64,000 nt of DNA from Raja brachyura (Eukaryota): NCBI GenBank assembly GCA_963514005.1, contig OY740821.1, positions 13,020,001 to 13,084,000 of the forward strand, read 5' to 3'. The position numbers and the translations under genes are program-made. The notes beneath the pieces were generated by a model. The model ran no database searches, had not been told where the DNA came from, and saw only the letters and a program-made list of their open reading frames with translations. Shown in pieces: positions 1 through 14,278 of this stretch (positions are counted from its first letter, which is position 1; each line of letters opens with the position of its first letter).

Positions 1-344
1 ATAGTATATGCTGTCAAATGATCCATATACTGACAGTGGCACTTCAGCCAGTCTGTATCCATACGCACCAGGAAAGCTCCAATTAAAGTCAGGGAGGAGT
101 AAGGACCAAACCACTGCCTGTATTCATGGATCATGGAATCATGGAAAACTTTATTGTCATTCAGACCTTGCGGTCTGAACGAAATTTTGTTGCCTGCAGT
201 CATACATATAGTAAATAACAAAACACACAATAAACACATATTTAACATCCACCATGGTGAGTTCACCAGACACATCCTCACTGTGATGGTAGGCAAAAAT
301 CTTGTCTTTGTCTCTTCCCTTCTTGTTCTTCCTCTTCCTCTGCG

Positions 345-895
345 CTGAGGCGACCAAGGCCTCCGATGTTGTGACCGCACCGGGTGATGTAAGTAAGTCC
401 CGTGGCTGAACCGCGCTCCGCGAACGGGCCGGTTCAACTCCGCGGCCCGGGGCGGTCGAAGCTGCCGAAGCTGCCGCCCTCCAGTCCAGCGGACGCAGCT
501 GTTGCCGCAGGAGCTCCAGAAAAACAGGTCACCAACCTGTGACCTGCGAGCTCCCGACGATGTCGTCCACGGGGCCCGCGGCCGAACCTCTGAAATCGCT
601 GCCGCCGCCACCGGAAAGCCGCCACAGCTCCGAGTCGGGCTGCCGGAACGCCGGAATGCCTGAGCCCGCCGCAGCCCTGAAGTCGGCCAGCCCCGCGCTG
701 GTAAGTCCTGGCGGGCTCTGCGTCCCCCCAAAAGGAAGAGACTAAAACGTTTCTCCCACCCCTCCCACGCATACACTACATAATAACTCAAACTAACGCT
801 AAAACAAGACAAGAAAACAACAAAAAAAAAGAAAAACAGACGGACTGCAAGCGAGCCGCTGCTGCCAGGGCAACACCGCCACTCCCACTCCTATT
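345..895 (-). mobile_element. GC/CpG-rich interspersed repeat fragment (probably the 5' part of a non-LTR element)
   Basis: Abrupt CpG-rich block with a T-rich tract near its minus-strand start; no credible ORF; family uncertain. Confidence 0.35.
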
Positions 896-2254
896 CTCTC
901 GTCTTCAAGCCACTTCCTCCTTCACTGACACTGTGTAAAGTTCCAAGGATAATACAGAGTTTAGTTTCCCAACCCAAGCACAAACTGTTTGAATTATCTA
1001 GCATTTACCGATCAGTAGCTCATGCATTCAGATCCATAGGACAATTCCTCCCATAGACAGCACCACAGCTTTAAACTCAAATGCCTCTGGAATGAATCAC
1101 TGGGCCTTGAGTCAACGGTTACATTTTAATCATTTCAATTTTAAACCTGTCCAGATCTTGATCCAAGTAAAACATTTCCTTGCAAGGTATGCGGCCAAAA
1201 TTGGACTGTCATCAGCCAGACAATTTGTCCATCTCTTCATCCTGCAAGGGAGTAGTAAAAGGCACTCTGCATCCAATTCAGCCTCTCCGCTTAACCTCCT
1301 GCAACATCAGAGGATCTGTTGACCCATCACTGCACACTCTGGCAGGTTGGTAGGGTGGAAACTGAAAATAGTCGGCTTGTGCCTCAATCAATTTCACCCT
1401 TTCATCGTTGCCTTTCTTTCCTTACACCCACCCTCACTCTGCCAACTCCACCCTCACCTCCACAACTGGTCCCAGTACAGGACAGACAATGCCATTTTGA
1501 GCTTTCTTTAAGATTCCTCTGTCAGGAGACAATCACAAGTGAATATAGACCCTCCGAGCAAATTATAGCAGCTAACTGGCACCCTCAGGTTTGTACCCTC
1601 CTTCACTACCCCATGTCCCACCCTAGCAAAGTCAACCATGCAGGGGAGAAAGGAGAGGGGGAGAATGGGTGAAAACAAATAATTGATTGTTAATTTGGCT
1701 GGAAAACCAGCCAAATTTGGCGAGGCCCAGGCTCCCTTTGGTTTCGATCTGTGTTTGTCATGGCTGCTGCCCACTTCTTGAAAGTACTTTTCTCTATCAA
1801 TTGGACAGTACGGTATTTTACAGTGAATCTGTAGCAGAGAAACAGATTCAGATTCAATTTTAATTGTCATTGTCAGTGTACAGTACAGAGACAACGAAAC
1901 AGGCCATTTGACCCCTCTGTTCTACATTTGGAAACCTTTCCCCAGCCTTCTCTCTGTGCCCAACCATTCTCATCTGGACATCAGGCTTCCCTTTATATTT
2001 GCTTCAAGCACTCTATATTTAGTCAGAGAGCTCCCCGCCACTTTTGCAACTCTTTGTGCAAGAAAATTCCTTCTAGATTCTGAAACTGAAAATTAATAGT
2101 TTCCTGAAGTTCACCCAGCAAAGAGAAAGGGCTTCTCCTCCACCATTAACAGTTCAAAGGTTTGTATCATGTTGTCCCTTCTACAGAGAAGGGCCCATGC
2201 ACATTCCTCTTTATGTGCTAACCTCCACTCCCCTACCCACCCACCTAATAAGAT

Positions 2255-2372
2255 CAACATCTGACACCCGAGTGACACAAGGCATCCCATGGTCATTTTG
2301 AGGAAGAGCAGGGGAGTTCTCAACATCCAGGTCAACATTTATTCCTCCACCAATATCATGAAAAACAGATAG
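2255..2372 (+). mobile_element. DeuSINE (SacSINE1-like) remnant
   Basis: GATCCCATGG-like...GAAGAGCAGGGGAGTTCTC...CAACATTTATTCCTCCACCAA Deu-domain-like segment; related remnants at ~3985-4055, 8530-9000, 22240-22365, 49130-49350, 53560-53720, 62450-62660. Confidence 0.55.
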
Positions 2373-2426
2373 AGCTGCATCGTGCTTGACCCAACATATA
2401 TCTTGTGCACAGATGGGTTATTGAGA

Positions 2427-2720
2427 GGTACAGCAGAGGAACAGGCCATTCGGCCCATCGAGTACAAGCCAAACATCAACATTCCATTTTATTCTCTCCA
2501 CATTCCTGTCCACTCCTCCCCCAGATTCTACCACTCACCTACTCACGAGGCCAATTAATCTACCAACCCACGCCTTTGGGATATTCAGGGAAACTGAAGC
2601 ACCCAGAGGAAACTCATGCAATCACGGAGAACATATGAACTCCACAAAGACAGCAGCGAAGGTCGGGATTGAACCCGGGTCACTGGAGCTGGGAGGCAAC
2701 ATCTCTATCAGCTGCCCACT
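2427..2720 (-). mobile_element. V-SINE (HE1-like), diverged near-full copy
   Basis: Reverse complement of the 6608-6910 element: B box (GGATTGAACCC on +), V-domain-like core, CR1-type tail. Confidence 0.7.
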
Positions 2721-3217
2721 ATGTTGTTGAAGTAGCTGTTATTTTACAAGGAATGACAGTCGCACTTTATTTATCATTAACATCTCAAAGATCATGGTCC
2801 AAGTCTTCCCCATGGGGGCAGAAACATTATGTGGCGGATGTTGAGAAAGTCAAGAGTTTGCCAGACTTGAACGCCACCTCTTGGCCACACATAGGATTGG
2901 GAAGCAAATCCTTTCATTTTGAAATAGGTGACCAGTCTTTCACATTTTCCATCAAACAGCAACATGTAGACTGGTAGATTCATACTTCAGAAAGGAAGAT
3001 ATTCATTCACCCGACTATACATTATCTGAGAGGGTTGTGCAAGATAGCTCGCTATTTAGGTTTTTATAAAATTGCACCATATCCTTAAAATCCAGAAATA
3101 GCAATTTCAAAGCATGACCCAGTTACTCTTACTCCTACTAGGATATCAACGTCGTCTAAATATTAGGAATTATGTTGGCAACATTGAATGTAACTACCAA
3201 ACACATAAACCATGTTG

Positions 3218-3317
3218 AAGACGGACACAAAATGCTGGAGTAACTCAGCGGGACAGGGAGCATCTCTGGAGAGAAGGAATGGGTGACGTGTCGGGTCGAG
3301 ACCCTTCTTCAGACTGA
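3218..3317 (-). mobile_element. Penelope-derived short repeat with mutated hammerhead-like core
   Basis: Same sequence as the 3' end of the PLE at 16340-16835; the core reads CTGAAGA..GACAC instead of GAAAC. Confidence 0.75.
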
Positions 3318-4257
3318 TCATGTCACATAAACCATGTCAATTGCTGCCTTAAACTAACAAAGCAAAAATAAAAATTAGAAGCAGATTTTTTTATTTTTTT
3401 TTTAAAGGAAGGAGGGAGACCTTAATTTATTTTTCCCTGACAGGAAAGGGCTTGGAAAATAGTTGAAGCAAAGATTTATGGAATCACACAGCCCTCAGCC
3501 GGAGTTAATCAAAGTTCAAAGTTTAAAACTCGCCCCCTTTTCTTGCCAAATGCTGCTATATTTCACAGGATGTGTCATGGTCAACATACATAAAACCCAC
3601 ATTTAAACTGTCTAAAAACCCAATGGACACGCCAGAGCATCTGGTGCAGAAAGAATTTCGGATTAAACTTGCAATCAATTAAAACCCAGGAGGGATCTGT
3701 TTCCTCTGTTTTCCAAGAATGTGAATCTTCCATCATCATTGGAAAATAATCACATAAAATAAATTAATATCACCCCATACTGGGGATAATTAAGAAAATA
3801 AGATTGGATAAGATACTTGGCCTATGAAATGATATAAGGTCTGTAAGTTAGTTGAATACGGTTAAGTTTTGGATTCAAATCCTGGCTGGTTCATCACGCC
3901 AATCTATATAAGATGGTGTTACTGTATTCTTCAAACATATTTTGTCAGTAGCATTATTGCCTTCAGATCAGACGATTACAAAACCTCGGCCAGCATCTCA
4001 GTGCAATAGAGGGAGTGCTGCACTGTGCCAAAGGTGCCATGTTTGAATGAGGCTAGAGGAGTGCACAGGCATTTAATACTGACAGCTCTTGGAAGGCTAT
4101 GTTAAATGTGCACACATTGCATCCATTAAACCAAATCAACATACGCACATGAATCAAACTAAACATTTCAACAAACGCCCAAGTGCTATGGAGTCATCTG
4201 CAACTGAACACTATAATTAGTTCATTGCATATTCATTCACATTTAATTAATGTCACT

Positions 4258-5130
4258 GTAAAGTCATGGAGTTTTACAGCACAAAACAGCCCTTTCAGCC
4301 AACTACATGCATGTCAACCTTTTTTCCATCAACACTAATCCCATTTGCCCACATCTGGTCCAAGGTCTCTGTTCATTAACATTCTTTAGCACCCTACCAT
4401 CGACTGAATATGTCCTATCCTCATTGGACTTTTCAAAATGCATCACTTCACACTTGTCGTGATTAAGTTCCATCTGCCAATACTCCAACTAACTTTCCAT
4501 CAGATCTATATCCTGCTGTAACCTTCCATGCTATCCACAAACTTTCATGTCATCCACAAACGTAGTAATCTTAGCTCTACTTTCACATCCAAGTCAATAA
4601 TATATCACAAACAGGGTCCCAGCACTAATCCCTGCGATATATTACGGGTCACATCTTTCAATCATAAAGACATCTTCTGTCACTACCCTCTACCTCCTAT
4701 CGCCAAGCCAAATGTAGATCTAATTAGCCAGCTCATGTTGGATCCTATGTACCGTAACCTTCTGGACTACCTACCATGCAAGACCTTGTCAAATGTGTTA
4801 CTAAAGTCCAAATGGACATCGTCTACAACCCTGCCTTCACTAATCTTACTTACCTCCTCAAATGCTCAATTCACTGAGTGAATTTTCCCCGCACCAAACC
4901 ACAGTGACTTTCCCTGATTAACCAGTCTTTCTAAGTGTACATAAATCCTTCCTCTTAAGATTTTCTCCAATAATTTACCTACCACTGACACAAGGCCTGC
5001 ATTTCCTGGCTTATCTATGCTGCCCTTCTTAAATACAGGAAAACATTAGCCATCCTCCAGTGTTCTGGCACCTCACTCATGGCAAGTGAAGATGCAAAAA
5101 ATCATCATCAGGGGCCTAACAATCTCTTCC
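4258..5130 (-). mobile_element. Degenerate CR1 LINE ORF2/3' fragment
   Basis: Minus-strand WQMELNHDKCEVMHF motif of CR1 RT; + strand AATCCAAA-like/AAGACCTTGTCAAATG region and CR1-type tail at the left end. Confidence 0.75.
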
Positions 5131-6607
5131 CTTCTCATAGATCTCATCCAGTCCTGAGGCTTTATCCACCCTTATGCAGTCCAATAATATCCAACACCTC
5201 CTCTTTAATACTATCCTGCTCCAGATTATATATGCATGCCCCCCCCACCCCACCCCCCCACCCCATGTCCAGAATAAACCACATACACATAATCCTTAAG
5301 GTGCAGTCAGCTCCACCAAGCAAACGCTGATGGTTGTGGCAGTGGTGAATATTGGAATATCTGTCTCAGTGTGTGGCCAAAACTGCCTCCATTGCCAAGG
5401 CAGCAGCCAGCTAGCATTTTAAACCCCTGTACTAAAATTAATGTGCAGGCCGGCATAGCGTAGGCGGACTGCCCTCCTGTGGTGAATTTCAAGCCCGCAC
5501 CTCCAGCCAGTCCAATGCTTAAAACAAACTTAAAGGAAGTATAGGTCTCCTCCAACCCTCAATTGACCTCAGCACCATTGGGTTAAGGAGATAGGAGAAT
5601 GGTTGCAATGACTTAGTGCAAACAGTATGTGAGAGATCAGGCTTGGGTGCTTCACCCTCAGTTAAATAGCCAGCAGGTAACTTGCCAGACAGAGAGGTAC
5701 CGATCTAAGGTGCTGTGGTGTAGCACGAAGTACAAACACCTGTCCCCTCAGAAATGACCTGCCCACCTCATACCTTGCATGACCGAGCAATCTTTGAACA
5801 TTGGCGACAAGCTCCTCACGTGCCTCGAGATAGTGTGCAAAGAGCACTGTATATGGTCATGTCAGTGAACAGTGGGGAGCTGTTTAGCTGTTTTGCTGCC
5901 TGCTTGTAATGTACTCCCACATTCTTGGAACTGCTTCAAATCGACATTAATTAGTGGACAGATTAAATGCTTGAGTTGCGAGTTAATCCTCATGGGTTCT
6001 CAAATATCGAGCTTGAACCCCCGTCAGCAACTTTAATGGAGTTGTGTCACTTCTGACGGACAAACAGTTTTTAATAAAAACCTATCCATGCAAAAGGACT
6101 TGTGAAGTTGGATGCAGCATTGCCGAAGAGATCCTCAGGGCGAGCACCCGTCATTCTACACTAGGATGATGGTCAGTTTGCCCTTCTCCTTGCTGCGCTC
6201 GTTTGGAACTTGCTTCCTTTCAGCTCCAGTTGCACCATCCTTTGTAACACTGCAGGTTGTGATCGAAGTGACTCCCACATTCTAATCCAGCATGGAAAGT
6301 ACTTGTAGCCATTTAATCAAAGTCATCCACACCAGCCTCCGCCCACCTCTCTCCAACTGATTCTCTTCTACTCCTTCCACTCAACCGTTGTACCATCTCC
6401 CGTTTGAAACATATCCAGGCTGTCCACTTCCTCGTGAGAAATACTCCCTCATCCTCTCCACTCTCTACATAATAGATATCTCCCGAATACCCTATTGGAT
6501 TAATTAGTGATTATCCTATTAGATGTAAGACTATGTAAATTGTACACTGTGCTTGTTTCATTAATCTTACGGAAGATGAGCAGTTATCACAGAAGATTGT
6601 AGTTCCA

Positions 6608-6910
6608 GTGGCACAGCTGGGAGAGTTGCTGCCTTACAGCGCCAGAGACCCGGGTTCAATCCTGACTACGGGTGCTGTCTGTACGGAGTTTGTACATTCT
6701 CCCCGTGACCTGCGTGGGTTTTCTCCAGGGTCTTCGGTTTCCTCCCACACTCCAAAGACGTACAGGTTTGTAGGTTAATTGGATTTGTGTAAATGTAAAA
6801 ATTGTCCCTAGTGTGTGTCGGATAGCGTTAACGTGCGGGGGATCGCTGGTCGACGTGGACTTGGTGGGCCGAAGGGCCTGTTTCCACGCTGTATCTCTAA
6901 ACTGAATTAA
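6608..6910 (+). mobile_element. tRNA-derived V-SINE (HE1-like), full length
   Basis: A box TGGCACAGCTGG (6609-6620), B box GGTTCAATCC (6653-6662), V-domain GGAGTTTGTACATTCTCCCCGTG...TTTCCTCCCACACTCCAAAGAC, CR1-shared tail GGGCCGAAGGGCCTGTTTCC; partial copies at ~8210-8390(-), 33430-33670(-), 52380-52525(+). Confidence 0.85.
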
Positions 6911-9589
6911 GTAAAACAAAAGGATAGAACTGATTCTGACACATCCGTTCCTCCAGATGACACTATTTAATAATATTAAAGCAGGCTTCGATAAAAGTTC
7001 ACAATGTGTTTCCTCAATTGTGTACAGTTAAATCAGGATACATATTGCACAGAAGCCAGGAAATCAGCAGCTAGAATTTAGAATTAGAAAAGGATTTGGG
7101 GGATGAAAAGTGATTACAATCAGATTTAATAAATTCAAGAAATGATATATATTTCAACATCCCAAATCCAGGTAAACAACTGTGTTAATGTTCAGCGATA
7201 TCATTTTGATCTGATTGCACACCAGTCTTGATCCAGCTGTGAGGAACATTAAGTTTAATCATAGAATTGATGCAATCATGGTGGCATTAACAAGGAAAGC
7301 CTTTGTATGTGAATTACAGCTTAGTTATTTTATCCAACTATGTTCTTATCCAACTATTTCAAGACCCTGACTTGATAGGCCTTCTATAGTGGCAGTGAGT
7401 TTCAGGACCACTATAGAGGGCACAAAGAACCAACTGCATAGTGTGTGGACCTGGAGTCACTTGCAGGCCAGACCAGTTTTTCCGAAAGGATGCCAGCTGC
7501 CATGTTAACCAGTGCCAACCTGCACCGGATTTCATTGTAACTCGTTTTACAGCTCCCCCGTGCATTCCAGAATCCAAACACTTATTTTGTAAAAACAATT
7601 GTTTTTCCTTGTATCACTTTTGGTTCTTCTCACAGTCACCTTCATTATCTGTGCCCTGGTTTCTGGAGGCCACGTTACTGATGTTGAGGGGAGTGCAGTT
7701 GGTAGAAGTCGGCCTAAGCAGTCCCCACCCATTTCTATGAAAACCTGTCCTGCCAATGTACCACAATCTGAACCCTGGAGAACCAGGACTTTCACCTTCA
7801 GGAGCCCCATGCCACTATTTTCCCCTGGTCCCAGCAACGTTTTGGACGACCTAACAATATATGATTCCTCTTACCGAACGCATTCCTGGCCTTTGCGCCT
7901 CATCACTGATCATATATTGTGGAACCTCCCTCAGACAAACGCGGGGCTCTTCATAAGGCTTTGTTCCACCTGTTGGCATTGGTCCTGACACGGTTTGCAT
8001 CACCTGTACGATTAGTTTGGTGCATTGAAGAATATCCAGCTGTGTGTCAGCACATCAAAGACCCCACCAGCATGCCACCCCACGGGGAACCGTTATTTGC
8101 AGAGACAATGGAAAGACACAAAGAAATGAACAGAATTGGAGGGGGGGGGGGGAGGGGGGGGGGAGGGATGAGAAGACAGGGGGTGCTGTGAAACAGCGCT
8201 TAGATATCAGTTTAGTTTTAGCTTACTTTAGAGATACAGTGTGGAAACAGGCCTTTCGGCCCACCGAGTACACGCTAACCACCCGTATACTAGTTCTATC
8301 GTACACACTGTTTACAGAAGCCAATTAACTTACAAACCTGCACATCTTTGGAATGTGGGAGGAAGCCAGAGCACCCGGAGAAACCCCAACAGTTGTCCCC
8401 AAACAGCCAACAGACCCTGATCACTCCCAACTCCCGGACAGCTCAGGCTTCATTGGAGACTCCAGTCAACCTTGCCGATCAATACAACCTATTGTCAGGG
8501 AATGCTGGAGGTGCTGGCTATCTGACGTGACATAAAATCAAAACCCCATCTACCTTCTCAGGTAGATATAGAAGATCCTTAAGCACTTGTTGACTGGAGA
8601 GCAAGGGAGCACACTCTGGTGTCCTGGCAAATAATGATTCCACAACCAACGTCAGCAACATAAATTATACGCTGCCTTTCATATCCTTGTTTGTGGAATC
8701 TTGCTGTGCACACAATGAAAACAAGATGCTGGGAACACTCCTCAGGTCAGGCAGCGTCTGTGGAGGGAGAAACAGAACAACTTTGACATAAAATATAAAC
8801 TGTTTCTCCTTCCACAGATGCGGCCTGACACGCTGAGTGTTTCCAACACTTTCTGTTTTTATTTGTGAGATCCAGCATTTATAATTCTTTGTTCGTTTGC
8901 TGTGCATCGTGTCTGCAAGCTCGCTTTCATTACAACAAGCGCCCAATTGGCTATGAGACACTTTGGACCTCCCGTGCTTGTGAAAGATGCTACAGAAATC
9001 TGTTCTCAATTTAGGACTTCACCAACCATCAGCCCCAGATTACCCGAATGAACTGCTGTAGTGGTGCTGTCAGCAGCAGAGTAACAGTTCGGGGAGATCA
9101 GACTGGCTCCTCACTCTGTAGTCTGCTTACTATCACCATTATACCAGCATATTCAATTCACATCAGGCACTGTTCTTTAAATGTAACAGATACAGACAAA
9201 TAAGCAAGCATCCTGCTGCTCCAATAACACTGAAGGCTAATCTCTCGTTCCAATTTATCAGCAGCCCTGACAGACCTCAAATGCTCTGGGAACCACAAGC
9301 AGTTGCCTCACATAAATAAAACAGATTTTTCATCTCAAAAATCTCAGCTGTCTGTTCAGCACATGCTTAAAGCCCAGAGAGACACAACCTCTGCCCTGTT
9401 TGACAGGCAAACCATTTTAATCTTTTCCAGGCTAGCAGGGTTTGAAGACCTATTTGCACCTCTGTTGTTACAGCCGAAACAAATCTTTGTGCCAAACAAA
9501 CTAGTTTACAGCACGGCTAGGGTTAACAAAGACTGAGAGGGAATTACAGGATTCAGTTACATCAGGAGTTGCTGATGCCTTTGTGACCT

Positions 9590-9960
9590 CTAGGCATGAC
9601 AGTTCCAACACTCTCCTGGTCAGCCTTCCATCTTCCACCCTCTGTAAACTCCACCTCATCCAAATATCTGCTGCCCCGCATCCAAACTGGCAGCCAGCCC
9701 TGGCCCGCCGTCATCCACTGAGCTCACTCATCAACACTGGCTCCTGGTCAAGTAACAACTCAGTGTTAAAACCTTCATCCTCGTCGTCAAAACCCCCTCC
9801 TCCAGCCCCGCAACTCTCAACATTCACTGCGCTCCTCCAATTCCAACCTCTTGAGAATCCCTGAATTTAACCACTCCGCCGCTGGGGCCTGGATCCAGAA
9901 CTTTGGCATTCTTTCCTTAAAATTCTCTACCGGTCTTTCCCACCCTTCAAGGTACCTCTT
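9590..9960 (+). mobile_element. Old L2-like LINE 3' fragment
   Basis: KLHLIQISAA...HWL-like remnant of the L2 ORF2 C-terminus; a similar minus-strand remnant lies at ~23640-23980. Confidence 0.45.
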
Positions 9961-10864
9961 AAGAAGTTAAGACGAGCGAGAGTTGACTTGATTGAAACAT
10001 AAAAGGTCTTGACAGGGTGGATGTGGAGGGTACATTTGCAATTGTGGGCGAATCTTTCACTGGGGGGTCTCTATTTAAAACCATTTAAAACAGACGTGAG
10101 GCAACTGTTTTTCCTTCAGAGGGTTGTGAGTCTTTAGAACTCTATTTTTCAAAGGGTAATGGAAGCAGCGTCTGAATACTTTAAAGGCAGATGTTGGTAC
10201 ATTCTTCACAAGCAAGGAGGTGCATTCTTACTTGGGGTTGTTTGTTCACTTGCCTTACTATTTCCTCATGTAGCTTGGTGTCAGATTATATTTGCTCTTG
10301 GGAAGTATGTTTTACAATGTTAAAGGCACAATGCAAATAGAAATTCTCCCTTGTCAAACTTTTCTGCATATGTTTTTCTCCCTTTAAAAACAAAATAGAA
10401 CCATTCAGAGAGTGCCAAGTATCTTTACTGGAGTTGGAACTCAATTGGACTGCCGCTTCTTGGAGCTTTCAACAACAACGGCTACATCTGACTTAGATCA
10501 GGGTAAGAATGGCAATTGTTGCATCTGTCAAAAAACAGTCCAGTAACTCATTGGGCACTCGGAGCACAACATGTCCTTGAGCCATGAGACAAACACCAAG
10601 GGGTTGACATCAGTAGAGTTGTGAAAGGCGCTGCCTCCATGCCAACTGCTGGTGTGTTAGAAATTGCACTGGGGAGTCCACACAGAGCACATGAGCTCAT
10701 TGGGCTGGACGCTAAACACTGTTGGCTAAAACTGCGGACCCAAACTGGGCAGAATCCTCCTTCTGTTCCAGATGGTCCACGTCACCTCCAAACTAAAGTA
10801 TAATGAGCATTGGGGGAATGCCAGCCTTCAAGTCCCATTATTAACTGGAGTTCTTTAGAGGAAA

Positions 10865-11170
10865 CTAGACCAAGTGGGACCCGTTGGGCCCCGTTCCCTC
10901 AACACAATATTCCACCACTCACCCATAGCCCCCAACTGCGCAGACGCGGCTGACAGGTTACCGTTGTGACGCCAGAGATCCCCGTTGTGACACGAGTCAT
11001 GGCAATCCTCCCCCAACTGCGCCTCGCCATCCCTCTTGCTACCCCTATCCTCCTCATCCCCCAGCACTCCCTCCCACTCCTCTTCTTTCCCCTCTCCTCC
11101 TCCCCTCCCCCACCTCTCCCTCCCTCTCCTTTCCCATGCCCTCAGTCACTCCCTCCATAGCCCCTCTCTA
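10865..11170 (-). mobile_element. 3' fragment of non-autonomous Helitron-like element
   Basis: Minus-strand hairpin GGGGCCC-AAC-GGGTCCC (10876-10892) then CTAG|T; shares CAATATTCCACCACTCACCCATAGCCCCCAACTG with the 42041 element. Confidence 0.7.
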
Positions 11171-13259
11171 AGATAACTCCACTTGATCTGAAACACCAAC
11201 GGTAATACAGCACTCTCTGTACACCTTAATCCTTGGATATTTTAGTAGAATACTTCATATGTTTAAAAAAATGATTTGGCCTCATTCTGGTGACCAGCAT
11301 CAGTCATTAGCAAAAATCTTCATATTTCAAGTAGTTCTCAAGTCGAGCTTAGTTCAGGTACATCGGCCATTCTGGAAACACCACTTAAAATGACCATGCA
11401 GAGTTAATGGTTATAGTTGGCCAGGTCACCAGATAACCACTGTCTCAGCCGACCTCTGCAGCACCACATCCGGCCGACAGTACACTGGGAAACAGATAAC
11501 TTGGCACATGAAGGCTGACCCCTCCCTCAGAGAGGCAGCTCTGCATTCAATGTTTCAAAATAATCTGTGTCCTCGCCCCATGAAACAAGATGGAATTTTT
11601 CAGGGGCAACTTCCATCCTGCCTGTTGCTTTGCGACTGCAACTGGAAGCTAGAGGATTTCCAGTCACCAGGCATGCACAGTTTAAGTTCTTCAAATCATC
11701 TTCATTTTAATCCTTTCAGATTTACATTTTGTTTTTCAAATTTCCATTAGAAATCTTAGCTCCGCTTTCACCTTGGCAGAGGAGCATACAGTAATTCTTC
11801 TGACAATTGAAACCATCAGGCCCTGTTGCCCAGGAGGCATAACTTTACAGATACACTTTTACAAAAGCTCAAGAGCTCTGTTAAATATTGATTTTTTTTG
11901 AACACGTGTGGTCCATATGTGACTCATTAGAAAGGAGAGTGTGTCGGCCTTTTGACAGGACATTAGGTCACACATGTTTGGGTCTCTATTAGCATGAACT
12001 CTTCTCTCCTTGAGTGTGGAGCAGATTTTCTGGAGAAATAAACTGTCCTGGCTCCTACACAGAAGACCTGGACAGCACACTGCGATGAAGGGAATTAAAT
12101 CAAGATTTATTTGGAAATAAGTTTGATTTTATAACAGAGCAATTTAAAGAGGCACTACAATTCTTGAAAAAAAGTTGCAGACCAAACCACAGTATCCAAG
12201 AACAGATTGCAAGCAGCACTTTAATCAGGGACACGTTGGTAGGCAGGTGAGCAGCAAAGATCTGCATTGCACGGCCTAAAAGGGTATTTGAATAGCCTCA
12301 ATGTGAACTTCTGAAAGGGGAAATTGGATCAAACCAAGGAGCAAGGAGAAAGAGCAAAGCGAGTGGGGCCAACGCGACCAAATCAGTTATACAGCACCAG
12401 AATAGAAATAAAGACCCACCTATGCTAATCCCATTTGCCCACATTCTTCTGCACCTTTCCTATCCAGGTATTTATCCATATGCCTTTAAAAGAGTTAATT
12501 GTACCTGGTTCTACCATCTAACCACCATCCCCTGTGAAAAACCTGGCCCACAGATCTCCTTTACATTTCACTCCTCTCACCTAAATCCTGTGCCCTGTAG
12601 CTTTAGAGCCCCATGCCCTGGGGGAAAAAAAGCTCTGACAATCAATCCTTTTAGGATCTCCTTCTAAGTGTATCTCATTCTACAACGCTGTAAACTTATT
12701 TTTAATGATTTGCTCGCCATTATTTTTCTTGAACAGCAGTTTCAATGGAGAGGAGTGTTAGAACTCCGGTGAGTGACTCAGAGGGAAACATTTCAGGGGT
12801 GGTATTCCCATCCACCTGAAGCTCCCCTTATCGATGGTAGTCACAGATTTGTGAGGGACTGCGAGTGCAGTCTTGCAGTTGACACACCCGAGACAAACTA
12901 ATTGGTGCATGTCTCCAATATCAGTAATAAATGTAAGTGGCCGATGTAGGTGTAAATCCTTGCGAGTCCTGGTAGATTTGCTGTTTGTGGTGCTGGATAA
13001 CTTGGTATGTTTGCTGAGTGCACAAAGTACTTTATCGCAATGTACAGGTTAGAAATGTGCACGCATTTCTGCCTGATGTTTTATCACTAAGTTCCACTTG
13101 ACCGTAAAAGGGAAATCTGGATTGTAACACAGGGACACACCAACGCTGGCCATTACCATCCCCTGTACGTTGCAGGCAGCACCCTCGCTGAGCTGTGTCC
13201 GTATTCCCATGTCCGGATGAGGATGGACAAAAGCCACACAAAGCCCTTTCATAGCATCG

Positions 13260-13620
13260 GAACTGAGGGGAGAGATAGGGTAGACAGTCAGAAGCTTTTT
13301 CCCCGGGATGGAAATGTCAAAGACTAGAAGTCATAGCTTTAAGGTGAGAGGAGCAAACTTTAATGGAGATAGGCAGGGCAAGTTTTATTTATTTATGCAC
13401 AGAGGGTGACAGGTGCCAGGAACATGCTGCCAGAGGTTGTGGTGGAGGCAGATACGATAGTGGCATTTAAGAGGCTTTTAGATAGGCCCATGGATATGCA
13501 GGGAATGGAGGGATATGGATCATGTACAGGTAGGGGAGATGAGTTTAATTGGCATCATGTTTGGCACGGACATTGTGGGCCGAAGGGCCCATTCCTTTGC
13601 TGTACTGTTCTATGTTCTAT
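13260..13620 (+). mobile_element. CR1 LINE 3' fragment
   Basis: NMLPEVVVEADTIVAFKRLLDRPMDMQGMEGYG and tail GGGCCGAAGGGCC..CTGTTCTATGTTCTAT; further CR1 3' remnants at ~9965-10230, 12420-12660, 21720-21830, 22385-22525, 25460-25740, 33700-34000, 36890-37350, 50975-51190. Confidence 0.85.
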
Positions 13621-14278
13621 ACAAGTTATTTGGAAACAACCTCCTATTTTCAGAAAGAGTCCAATCACTGTACCAGTTTATAAGTGGCGTACACTCCCCA
13701 GAAGGTGCAAGAGTCTGGGAAAAGATCTTTTGTAGTCTGCAGAATTCCCATCGGGCACAGTCCGAGCATGAATCAGGTCAACACAAGGAATCAATACCAA
13801 TGATTAGCATGGCTAGTGACAACCGTTTCAAATAAACTATGTCCTTGTAGAAGTGTGAAATCAGCTTGGGATATTCATCTGTTCAAAGTGAAATCACCCT
13901 CTGCACTCCACCGCAGTGACTCCCTACCCTTCCACTTGTTCACACTCGTTAAAATATGCACACATCTTCCCCACCCCAATAAAGGCCTGATGAGCTTTCC
14001 CCATTGAGGAGTTTGGGCTTGTCCCCTGAATTCTCTGGGACCTAAGTTTTTATTTACTTTAACTTCTCGTGAACGTTCTTCTACCTCAATAATAAACCTC
14101 AATAGCATTAAACCCACAGCGCCCTTGTGATCTTTGGCACATGCTGAGCTGGGAACTGCTGCTTTGCAGCAACATACAAAACGTTTTATGCATTTCCTGT
14201 GAAGATTGTTCATTGCAACTGGCGAATACACTTAATATGGAAACTGTCGACGTATGCCGGTCACGCTGCAGTGAAATG

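Noticed and set aside
6608-6680. tRNA gene
   Set aside because: The A/B boxes belong to a SINE head that continues into V-domain and LINE tail.
7417-7990. + strand Cys-rich ORF followed by a hydrophobic stretch (receptor-like)
   Set aside because: The segments are in different frames, with no recognisable cysteine spacing or splice support.
14150-14235. HRKC motif resembling the tensin C1 domain
   Set aside because: Surrounding residues and splice context do not fit a C1 exon; probably chance.
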